A stretch of DNA of 64,000 nt from a virus, in the IMG/VR virus record IMGVR_UViG_3300028027_000047, positions 52,221-116,220 of that record. One strand, given 5' to 3'. Every line of letters begins with the position of its first letter. The stretch's first letter is position 1. Below are positions 47,780 to 55,303 of this stretch, piece by piece. A model generated the notes under the pieces. It was not told the DNA's origin, searched no databases, and saw nothing but the letters and a program-made list of their open reading frames with translations. Both the position numbers and the translations under genes were made by a program.

Positions 47780-48202
47780 TTAGAGATAACGAGCAACCGC
47801 TTGATAAGTTGATGTGGAAACTGTTTCCTCATCTGTCATCTTTAGAATACGGATTGCGTTTTCCATCTCCTCTTTCATCTCACGATAAGTGTGCTGATGA
47901 ATTACCTCAAAGTCCTTTTCAGGTTCTGTTGGGAAAGAAGTTTCCTCTGTGATGATGTCAAAATCAACATTGAGTGTCTTGTTCCAAGAGCGATAGTTTG
48001 TGCGAAGGTTCTCTGCTTTTGAGAAATTAGCAATAGCCCACTTGCCGATTTCTTTTTGCCAAGCCTTGTAAGCCTTTTGATACTTTGCTTCGTTTGCTTC
48101 TTGTGCCTGATAGTCTTTAGTTAGTTGTGCTAACTTAGTTTCTAGTGCCTTGATTACCTTTGGTGTTGCGATTTTTACTGAGATTGCTTTTCCTCTAGCC
48201 AT
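47780..48202 (-). CDS. hypothetical early protein
   Basis: 140-aa ORF, CCAACGAAAGAGG leader. Confidence 0.78.
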   Translation of the reverse strand: MARGKAISVKIATPKVIKALETKLAQLTKDYQAQEANEAKYQKAYKAWQKEIGKWAIANFSKAENLRTNYRSWNKTLNVDFDIITEETSFPTEPEKDFEVIHQHTYREMKEEMENAIRILKMTDEETVSTSTYQAVARYL

Positions 48203-48372
48203 TTATTTTCCTCTTTCGTTGGTTGGTTGTTGTTAGTTGTAGTATAGCAGGGGGGTCTGACATTTCCCCCGAAGGGGGGAGAGTTCTTACTTACGACATT
48301 GGACTAGATACTCTCCTAAACTGTCCCTGTTTCGTGGCTTAGCACCCGATTATGGTGTATGCCTCCGTCTTA

Positions 48373-48552
48373 TTAGCCAAGTAGTGTCTTGGCTGATACT
48401 GAAGTCCAGCGAGTTTCCCTGCTAGGTAGTTCCAGTAGCACACGCACCGAGCCAGATGCCTGTGGGTGTATCTCTTTGATAACACCTGTCTTTTTTGACT
48501 TTAGGCTGGTGAATAAATCGCCGACCTGATAGAGTTTTCCTTCTATTGTCAT
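48373..48552 (-). CDS. small SH3/KOW-like beta-barrel protein (59 aa)
   Basis: YQVGDLFT..KTGVIKEI...VRVLL; own promoter at 48596; read manually. Confidence 0.6.
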   Translation of the reverse strand: MTIEGKLYQVGDLFTSLKSKKTGVIKEIHPQASGSVRVLLELPSRETRWTSVSAKTLLG

Positions 48553-48646
48553 TTTTGCCTCTTTTCTTTGTTAGGTAGTATTGTAGCATTGGGGTCTGAC
48601 ATTAGTCTAGCCCTATCTCATTATGTGAGAATGTTATTGTGTGACC

Positions 48647-48910
48647 TTAGTCACTTTCTTGTAGCCAAGCGTGTAAGTGATGCTGTTCTACTATTGCGTG
48701 TGCGGGTGCAAACTTATCTCCTCGATAAGATACGCCTTCAGGCATTTCGATCAATTTATCATACTCATCTGCCCAGTATGCGTCAATAGCCTCGATGCAA
48801 GGTTGCACCATAGAAAGTGGAACGGGTGGATAGTGATTACCCTGTAAGTGAATAGAGATACCTTGCTCTAATCCTAAGTCTGATAAATCTAACGCTGTTG
48901 TGTATCCCAT
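48647..48910 (-). CDS. hypothetical early protein (paralog of 33045..33317)
   Basis: HLQGNHYPPVP...CIEAI...HHLHAWL. Confidence 0.75.
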   Translation of the reverse strand: MGYTTALDLSDLGLEQGISIHLQGNHYPPVPLSMVQPCIEAIDAYWADEYDKLIEMPEGVSYRGDKFAPAHAIVEQHHLHAWLQESD

Positions 48911-49116
48911 TAGTTAGCCACCTTTAGAATTGCGTATGAGCCGTTTTCGTTGATGTGGTCAATTACTGGCTGAATTGCAGATACCAATAAATCTTTTAGC
49001 ATTGACTCTAGCATAGCAATTTGTGATTGTTCATCTAATTGTAAGAATTGTTTTGCGATAGGATGTGTTTCGTCAAACTCGGTTACGAATTTGAGTGAGT
49101 GTTCTACTGATGTCAT
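48910..49116 (-). CDS. hypothetical early protein
   Basis: AACGAAAGG leader. Confidence 0.72.
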   Translation of the reverse strand: MTSVEHSLKFVTEFDETHPIAKQFLQLDEQSQIAMLESMLKDLLVSAIQPVIDHINENGSYAILKVAN

Positions 49117-49216
49117 TTGTTACCTTTCGTTGTTGGATAAGAGTATTATAGCATTGGCCACTGACATTACCTAATCCATTATGGGCGTGTCGCAGCTTTT
49201 GTGATAATACTCACAA

Positions 49217-49276
49217 TTCCAGGGGTTGTGGATAACCCCCGTAAGCCTGTGGATAACCCCCCACAATATTGCGGGC
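49217..49276 (+). repeat. gapped scaffold repeat copy 8 (spacers hold two DnaA boxes)
   Basis: CAGG 49220, CGTAA 49240, CCC 49258, GCGGGC 49271; TGTGGATAA 49227 and 49248. Confidence 0.85.
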
Positions 49277-49305
49277 CAACTTGACTTTGTCAAGTCGACA
49301 CGCCG

Positions 49306-49449
49306 TTACCAACGATTAGGCAAATCATCTTTTCCGTCATTGTCGTTATCAAATTTTGCACCATTCCACATGTACACTGCTAGCACAATTGGTGAGAATA
49401 AGAATGCAATTAATAAAATTCCAATTAAGGATCCGAGAATGTCATACAT
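49306..49449 (-). CDS. small membrane protein (47 aa)
   Basis: MYDILGSLIGILLIAFLFSPIVLAVY, read manually. Confidence 0.55.
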   Translation of the reverse strand: MYDILGSLIGILLIAFLFSPIVLAVYMWNGAKFDNDNDGKDDLPNRW

Positions 49450-50168
49450 CATTTTTTACTCGCAGAAAATCTAATATCCGCTTTACCGTATACGCATAGG
49501 CCACAAGATACGCAGGCGGACCCATTGCTAGAGATAAGCGGAATACTCTTCATATTCTCAGGACACTTAGCGCCAGGCTTGCCAGTCAATTCTTTCATTG
49601 TGTTTTCCGTTGCAGAGAATGTCTTTCCTAGGTATGCAAGGCGGACCTTAGAATTAGTTTTCAAATCGAATGCTATTTCTTTATTCTCATCATCGGTAGA
49701 ATAGTATAAAGATAGATTAGATACATCCTTAAGAATAAGCGCTGCAGACTTTACTCGTGTATAAACCCAAAATTGAACATCGGGATGATTAGCAATAACA
49801 GTCTTCCAGGCATAAGTATAAACATCATTAAAAAAATCTCCGTCCCAATGGATACGGAATAACTTAGGCGCCTCTTTCTTTTCACAGTCAGCAATAAATT
49901 CAACAATCATCTCATCCAATAGAATAAGCATTGTGTCCATATCTGCATTACGTAGGAGCTCCCAATTGTGTAACAAATTAACTTTAACGCTAGGGAATAC
50001 CTTTTCTAATTTTCCTGCATAGCAGACACTCTCGCAAATAGACGTTGCGCCAGGACAAGAATAATTCTTTCCAGCAGGTAATCCGAACGTGTTGGCAATT
50101 GCTGCCTGCTTTCCATTTTTTGTGACAAGGTTAGCGACCTTTCTATCATTAGAACGTTTTAATTTCAT
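49449..50168 (-). CDS. GP88-like (radical-SAM-like Cys motif) phage protein
   Basis: FGLPAG..SCPGA..C...CYA, FRIHWDGDF, FWVYTR; leaderless start MKLKRS below the promoter at 50192. Confidence 0.78.
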   Translation of the reverse strand: MKLKRSNDRKVANLVTKNGKQAAIANTFGLPAGKNYSCPGATSICESVCYAGKLEKVFPSVKVNLLHNWELLRNADMDTMLILLDEMIVEFIADCEKKEAPKLFRIHWDGDFFNDVYTYAWKTVIANHPDVQFWVYTRVKSAALILKDVSNLSLYYSTDDENKEIAFDLKTNSKVRLAYLGKTFSATENTMKELTGKPGAKCPENMKSIPLISSNGSACVSCGLCVYGKADIRFSASKK

Positions 50169-50199
50169 AGGGGTAATTATAGCGGTGGCCTCTGACATA

Positions 50200-50409
50200 T
50201 TAGTAATCCTCATCCATACCGTGGCCTGCAGACGCTAGGGCGTCAGAATCAGACCAGCCAATAGTTTCAAAGAATTCCATTTCCTCAGACGCATAGCATT
50301 CAGCGCAGATATAATCATCGCCATAAATTTCATATTCTGAATCATTGTCAAAAGTTTCTTGAGCGCCACAAATTTCATAGTTCAAGCAAGATACTGTAAA
50401 TAGTTCCAT
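50200..50409 (-). CDS. acidic zinc-finger early protein
   Basis: C..C...CAEC; DSDALASAGHGMDEDY tail. Confidence 0.72.
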   Translation of the reverse strand: MELFTVSCLNYEICGAQETFDNDSEYEIYGDDYICAECYASEEMEFFETIGWSDSDALASAGHGMDEDY

Positions 50410-50485
50410 AGTGGACCTCTTTCGTTGGTAGATACGGAAATTATAGCAGAATGGACTGACATATCAAAATCGACACGCCGTAAAA

Positions 50486-50543
50486 TTTCAGGCAATTCGG
50501 ACATGTGTCGTAATTCACATGAAGCCCCCACAAAAGAGCGGGC
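50486..50543 (+). repeat. gapped scaffold repeat copy 9
   Basis: CAGG 50489, CGTAA 50509, CCC 50527, GCGGGC 50538. Confidence 0.85.
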
Positions 50544-50560
50544 AGCTGCATATTTATGCG

Positions 50561-50692
50561 CTACTCTGAATATTTATTTTTATGTTTGATCTTGCGTGTG
50601 TATTTTTTTTTATTGCGAACAGGTTGCGCCGCATTACTGCGGCGCAATTCCTGAATGCGTTTTACTTTATCTTGAAGTGAATTTAGGAACAT
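50561..50692 (-). CDS. small very basic protein (43 aa)
   Basis: IQELRRSNAAQPVRNKKKYTRKIKHK, read manually. Confidence 0.55.
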   Translation of the reverse strand: MFLNSLQDKVKRIQELRRSNAAQPVRNKKKYTRKIKHKNKYSE

Positions 50693-50858
50693 TGTAATTA
50701 CTCGCTTCGTGAAATCTTGCTACATCAAATCGCTCATTATCTTTCGCAAACATTTCAGCGAAATCATTTACGATTTTAGAAAATAAAGCGGGGTGCGTTT
50801 TATCGCTTGCATACTTTAGAATTTCTGCCGTTGCTACATAGTCTTTTCGTGTCATCAT
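50667..50858 (-). CDS. hypothetical early protein
   Basis: MTRKDYVATAEIL...DNERFD..RF. Confidence 0.75.
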   Translation of the reverse strand: MMTRKDYVATAEILKYASDKTHPALFSKIVNDFAEMFAKDNERFDVARFHEASNYNVPKFTSR

Positions 50859-51061
50859 TTTGTTACGACCTTTCGTCCTTCACGATAGAAAACTCGTGTG
50901 TGCATTTTGCCAGTTGGCGTCATTAGATTTACAGTTGAGTATTCGTTAGCAAATCCCCAATCGGTGAAAAGGAAAAAGTTTTCCCACGCACCAAATTCGT
51001 TTTCGTATTCTGCTGACCAATGCGGAGCATTTGAGTCATAAGCGCAAGTCAATTTATACAT
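50855..51061 (-). CDS. hypothetical early protein
   Basis: AACGAAAGGG leader. Confidence 0.72.
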   Translation of the reverse strand: MYKLTCAYDSNAPHWSAEYENEFGAWENFFLFTDWGFANEYSTVNLMTPTGKMHTRVFYREGRKVVTK

Positions 51062-51178
51062 TAGTTTCCCTTTCGTTAGTTACGCATTTACATTGTGTTA
51101 TTTGTATTGTATCAGTTAGCACTGACACAACGGCAAGGGTATCGCAATTATCGCAAATCCACATCCCCGCTATTTGGC

Positions 51179-51304
51179 TCATTCAAAAGCCCCCTCATTC
51201 AGTAGCCCTAATTCAATGTTGAACATTTCATCGGGTGTTGCTTCGGATAAATCTACCCAGCCCGCACCTTCATCATCCATACGGAAAATCTCAATGTATC
51301 CCAT
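51179..51304 (-). CDS. small acidic protein (41 aa)
   Basis: MGYIEIFRMDDEGAGW, read manually. Confidence 0.5.
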   Translation of the reverse strand: MGYIEIFRMDDEGAGWVDLSEATPDEMFNIELGLLNEGAFE

Positions 51305-51306
51305 TA

Positions 51307-51474
51307 TTATTCACACTCGCATTTCTTATCGTAGTCAAATTCGCAATAGTAGCAACCCATTTGCTCGCCGTGTTCTTTACACACATAAACAAATTGGCTT
51401 TCATCACAATGAAATTTCATTTCATCTTTTATGAAATAGAATTCGGTTTCGTCAATGTATTTTGTATCTAACAT
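51307..51474 (-). CDS. small Cys-rich protein (55 aa)
   Basis: read manually; coupled to the upstream stop. Confidence 0.55.
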   Translation of the reverse strand: MLDTKYIDETEFYFIKDEMKFHCDESQFVYVCKEHGEQMGCYYCEFDYDKKCECE

Positions 51475-51674
51475 TAGTCACCTACCTTTACCGCTAAATA
51501 ACGATAAGTATCGCTAAAAGAATTAGAGGGGCGAACCTGAACACGATAAGTATCGCAATCGGCATACCAAACCTTAGAGGTTTTTTCTGCGTCAATTATT
51601 TCGCCCTTTACTGAGCGAGAGTAATACATTTTCCCAATAAGTAGGGACTCTACGGAATAAACATTTGCTGACAT
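51474..51674 (-). CDS. hypothetical early protein
   Basis: AACGAAAGG leader. Confidence 0.72.
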   Translation of the reverse strand: MSANVYSVESLLIGKMYYSRSVKGEIIDAEKTSKVWYADCDTYRVQVRPSNSFSDTYRYLAVKVGD

Positions 51675-51793
51675 TAGTTGTCACCTTTCGTTGTTGTTGA
51701 TACGGACATTGTAGCAGATAGCACTGACAAGGCTTCTGCCTTACTTGCTTCACGGGTGGCGGTGATGTGCGCCTTGAATTCATCTAGGTTCAT
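51674..51793 (-). CDS. small early protein (39 aa)
   Basis: MNLDEFKAHI; own promoter at 51843 and AACGAAAGAAGG leader. Confidence 0.55.
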   Translation of the reverse strand: MNLDEFKAHITATREASKAEALSVLSATMSVSTTTKGDN

Positions 51794-51955
51794 TACTGAC
51801 CTTCTTTCGTTGTTGTTATAGTAGACATTATACATTAGGGCACTGACATTTCTCTACCTACTAGCCAGTAAGTCCACATAGTAAGACGCTCAACCTATGT
51901 GATACTCATCACACAAATATGTCCGATATGTCTGTCAAATCGACACGCCGTAGAA

Positions 51956-52013
51956 TTCCAGGGCTTCTGTAACAATCTCGTAACGACACGCCCGACCCCG
52001 TGCCTTTGCGGGC
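51956..52013 (+). repeat. gapped scaffold repeat copy 10
   Basis: CAGG 51959, CGTAA 51979, CCC 51997, GCGGGC 52008. Confidence 0.85.
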
Positions 52014-52042
52014 CAGATTGACATTGTCAAGCCGACACGCCG

Positions 52043-52237
52043 CTATTCTTCTTCTAATTCTGCTAAGTAGTCCTCGTGCTCCACTAGTCCAATAGCAAAC
52101 GCAACAGGATCACAGCACTCTAGTATCTCGGCGGGTGTGAAGGTAGAGTAACCAATCTTTACTGTAGGATAAACATCATTTAGTAAATCTATAAAGCTTT
52201 CTTTTATCTCTATGTCTTTTTCTAATTGTGATTTCAT
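52043..52237 (-). CDS. acidic early protein
   Basis: 64-aa ORF. Confidence 0.7.
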   Translation of the reverse strand: MKSQLEKDIEIKESFIDLLNDVYPTVKIGYSTFTPAEILECCDPVAFAIGLVEHEDYLAELEEE

Positions 52238-52502
52238 TAGTTGAGTCCATTCTCTCTAAGGTCTTTTATTACTAGGCGAAGCATTAGCAGGGCGGGAATA
52301 CCGATACCTAATTGCACTAAGGTAGTTAGTAGGCGAGTAGTAGTCATTACTTATTCTTCTTTCTCTTGTAAATCTTATAGGCGGTTACTAGTAAGGCGGT
52401 GATGATTATAGTGTGCCAAGGTAAGTAGATAGCCCCTAAGAAACTATCAAACTCTAAGCCGTATTCGTTTAGTGCTAATTCTAATCCGTTGCTAATCATT
52501 TA

Positions 52503-52685
52503 TTATGCCTCCCAAGTAAGTGTGAATAGTTTTGCTAATTCCTCATCATCAACATCATCAAAATCATCAACGGGAGGTTGTTCCTCATCTACCTCATCAA
52601 GGTAGGCGTATGCGTCTGCGACATCTGATTGAATAGAGGCGTATTTATCTATTGAGTTAGTTTGGTATGAGTATGCGTATGACAT
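52503..52685 (-). CDS. acidic early protein
   Basis: 60-aa ORF. Confidence 0.65.
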   Translation of the reverse strand: MSYAYSYQTNSIDKYASIQSDVADAYAYLDEVDEEQPPVDDFDDVDDEELAKLFTLTWEA

Positions 52686-52834
52686 TACATTGAAACCTTT
52701 CGTAGGTGTGCTACTACATTACTAGAAATTGTCTGTAGTTCTTTTACTGTCTTGTTCATTTCTTCTGCGCTAGTAGCGGTGAAATCCACGCCTAGTAGTT
52801 GAGCGCCGTCCCATAGTGAGTAAGTGATAGTCAT
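52685..52834 (-). CDS. small early protein (49 aa)
   Basis: MTITYSLWDG; promoter at 52886 and AACGAAAG leader. Confidence 0.6.
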   Translation of the reverse strand: MTITYSLWDGAQLLGVDFTATSAEEMNKTVKELQTISSNVVAHLRKVSM

Positions 52835-52940
52835 TATCTGTTCTTCTTTCGTTAGTAGTTATAGTAGGAATTGTAGCGTATCGGGCTGACATTATCAACA
52901 CGACACGCCGTAGAGCGGAGAGCCTAGCGTGTGAGTTGCC

Positions 52941-53096
52941 TCACAGGCAGTTGATACACTCGCAACCCTTAGAGCGGATAAGGTAGGCAAGGATTTCCTT
53001 GCGTGTGTAAGCGTTTAGCCCATAAGAGGATTTTACGCCACCATTGTGGAAATCGTGCACGATAGTGCTAAATAGTGTTTCGGTTAGTTGAGTCAT
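52941..53096 (-). CDS. first gene of the early block (51 aa)
   Basis: MTQLTETLFS...CECINCL; promoter at 53148 and AACGAAAGGGG leader. Confidence 0.6.
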   Translation of the reverse strand: MTQLTETLFSTIVHDFHNGGVKSSYGLNAYTRKEILAYLIRSKGCECINCL

Positions 53097-53345
53097 TTTG
53101 ACCCCTTTCGTTTGTTTTTCTTTATACCTTTATCATAGCAGGGGGGACTGACATTTAGAGGTGTTTCTCGGGCGTGTCGCAAATAAATCTTAGAAAAACC
53201 CTGTGAGTTGCGCCACATTCACGCTCATTATGTGCGGTCTATCCTAAATGTCCGAATTTTTCTGTAGTGTGTATCGTACAAGATAAAAATATATTAACAT
53301 TTTTTCAAATTTGAAATAACATTAACCCTGGTATAATTATTTAAT

Positions 53346-54245
53346 ATGGCTACCTATAATAAAGATTTACACCCAGAGATGATGCGCCAACTAGAACCAT
53401 TTGTTGAAGCAGAGATGATTCGTCATGCTTCGATGAGTGAACAATGGTATCCACATGAGTATGTCCCATGGTCGGATGGAGAAAATTTTGATGGTCCATT
53501 AAATGGGAAAGCCTGGGATCAGTCTCAGTCTAAAATATCTAAACTTGTAGCAGATGCAATAATACTAAACCTGGTTACTGAAGATAATTTGCCTCAGTAT
53601 CACGCAGAGCTAGTCTCAAACTTTGGCAGGAATCATCCTTGGAAAAAATGGATTGATAGATGGACTGCTGAGGAGGCCAGGCATAGCATGGCATTGAGAG
53701 ACTATGTTTTAACAACTCGTGCAATTGATCCAAAAAAACTTGAGGACATTAGAATAGCTTTTATGTCAGATAATTTACAGATGCCAATGTTTGCACACGA
53801 TTGGCTACACATGTTGCTATATACATCCATTGAGGAGCTTGCTGCAAGAATATGCCATAGAAATACTGGTTTGGTTTGCGGAGATCCAGTAGGGGATGCT
53901 CTAATGGCTCAGATTGCTAGAGACGAAAATCTACATATGATATTTTATAGAAATGTAGCAAAAAAATGTTTTGAGATAGATCCAGAAGCTACTATAGGGG
54001 CTCTAGCAGATGTTATAACAAACTTTGAGATGCCAAGTGTTAATATGGAGGGGTATAGAGATATAGCTGGCTCAGTTGCAGAAGCTGGTATCTATAATTT
54101 ACCAATACACATGAATGAAGTAGTTGCACCTATGTTAAAATTTTGGAATATCGACAATTTAGATCTATCACAAAACGGACAAATGCATAGAAATAGAATA
54201 AATACCTTTGTTCTTTTAAAAAATAAACAGATAAATAAAAAATAA
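53346..54245 (+). CDS. acyl-ACP desaturase (DesA-type, di-iron ferritin-like)
   Basis: WYPHEYVPW..G, LNLVTEDNLP.YH, WTAEEARH, EELA, IARDENLHMIFYR. Confidence 0.9.
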   Translation: MATYNKDLHPEMMRQLEPFVEAEMIRHASMSEQWYPHEYVPWSDGENFDGPLNGKAWDQSQSKISKLVADAIILNLVTEDNLPQYHAELVSNFGRNHPWKKWIDRWTAEEARHSMALRDYVLTTRAIDPKKLEDIRIAFMSDNLQMPMFAHDWLHMLLYTSIEELAARICHRNTGLVCGDPVGDALMAQIARDENLHMIFYRNVAKKCFEIDPEATIGALADVITNFEMPSVNMEGYRDIAGSVAEAGIYNLPIHMNEVVAPMLKFWNIDNLDLSQNGQMHRNRINTFVLLKNKQINKK

Positions 54246-54567
54246 ATCCTTGACAACGAAAATAGAAATAGTATAATTTTTCTAGGGGGGTCGGGGGGTC
54301 AGTAAATCAATAAATAATAAATATTAAATATATAGTAAGACCTAAGACCTAAGATCAAGTGATAAGTCCAAAAAAATATTTTATTAACATTTTACAATTA
54401 TGTAATATTACAGTCAACTAGAATTATGGTACAATAGATTTATGAAATGTGACTTTTGCGAAAACCCAAAGTATGTAGAGCGTATAAACGCTAAAGGCAT
54501 ACTTGAAAACTTTTGCACACACTGTATTGAAAAATTAATCGGCGGGAATCGAATACGCTAGTCCCTA

Positions 54568-54642
54568 GGGGATATAGCTTAATTTGGTTAAAGCACTTGT
54601 CTTATATGCAATAGATTCTGAGTTCAAATCTCAGTATCCCTA
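54568..54642 (+). tRNA. tRNA-Ile(TAT)
   Basis: acceptor GGGGATA/TATCCCT, anticodon loop ctTATat, T-arm CTGAG-ttcaaat-CTCAG. Confidence 0.8.
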
Positions 54643-54881
54643 CAATATAAAAGCAGTTGACTAGGATATATATGAAGAAGTTATGGGTGTTAGTAGTTCT
54701 AATTGCGATAGCAATCTCTTCTGGGTATGCTTTATTTGCAAGTTTAAAAAAGGTGGGACTAGAAGATATCTTTGATTTCGACCTAAACGAAGATATAGAT
54801 AATGAAGAACTCTCAGCTATATAGGTCTATACAGATCCTTGGCCTAGTGCTAGTTGTTATATATGTAGCAAGTAGTATATT

Positions 54882-55151
54882 TTGGTAAATGCGGACGAAT
54901 CGGACAAATTAGCGAAATATCTAGCCGAAGTTCGTTATAAAGAAAATAATTATTTTGAAGCTAATAAACTTATGGCTATGTCTTCGCTAGAATGGGTCAT
55001 AGAAGGCCTCAAGAGCCGATTAGAGACATGTTTGAATGCAAGTTCAGGGGTATGTGACATATGGTACTTAGAATCCCATACAAGCTGTTTATTATTAATG
55101 AATCTAATATACGAATATAGTGGAGATCCCCTATATGATGCTAAATTCTAA
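54882..55151 (+). CDS. hypothetical protein
   Basis: 89-aa ORF, start uncertain. Confidence 0.55.
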   Translation: MVNADESDKLAKYLAEVRYKENNYFEANKLMAMSSLEWVIEGLKSRLETCLNASSGVCDIWYLESHTSCLLLMNLIYEYSGDPLYDAKF

Positions 55152-55303
55152 AATGGTCTCTTCTGCCGCCGCACTTCACTTTGCTGGATATAGTATACTT
55201 TAATAATGTGTAAGAGTTGTGGGTCATGTGATAGAGAACATCAATCCAATATTGATGACAATATAGATTTAGTTCTAGATTCTCCTGTACTGTAAAGGTT
55301 TGT

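Larger units (their letters stand above)
42442..53153 (-). promoter_or_regulatory. 16 copies of early promoter TGTCAG-N10-TAnnnT
   Basis: + strand CTGACA at 42458, 42643, 44112, 45821, 46001, 47264, 48257, 48596, 49161, 50192, 50456, 51122, 51724, 51843, 52886, 53148; each exactly 10 bp from a TATAAT/TACAAT/TATACT/TAAGAT/TATGAT hexamer. Confidence 0.88.

Noticed and set aside
48263-48372. Structured intergenic segment as a twister or hammerhead ribozyme, or a fourth pseudoknot copy
   Set aside because: It has a GGAGAGT/ACTCTCC stem and AAACTGTCC, but the catalytic consensus cannot be completed and the pseudoknot-like reading is antisense; a cmscan would be needed
43277-50213. Upstream-extended starts in the ORF track (44152, 46007, 47270, 50213)
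   Set aside because: The extensions run through the TGTCAG promoters; better starts are 44068, 45977, 47216 and 50168
40798-52013. Scaffold repeats as a CRISPR array or attC cassette array
   Set aside because: The repeats are gapped, non-palindromic and kilobases apart, and no cas1/cas2 or integron integrase is in the window
53161-53210. Inverted eleventh scaffold copy (CAGGG on the minus strand)
   Set aside because: No CGTAA at the required spacing
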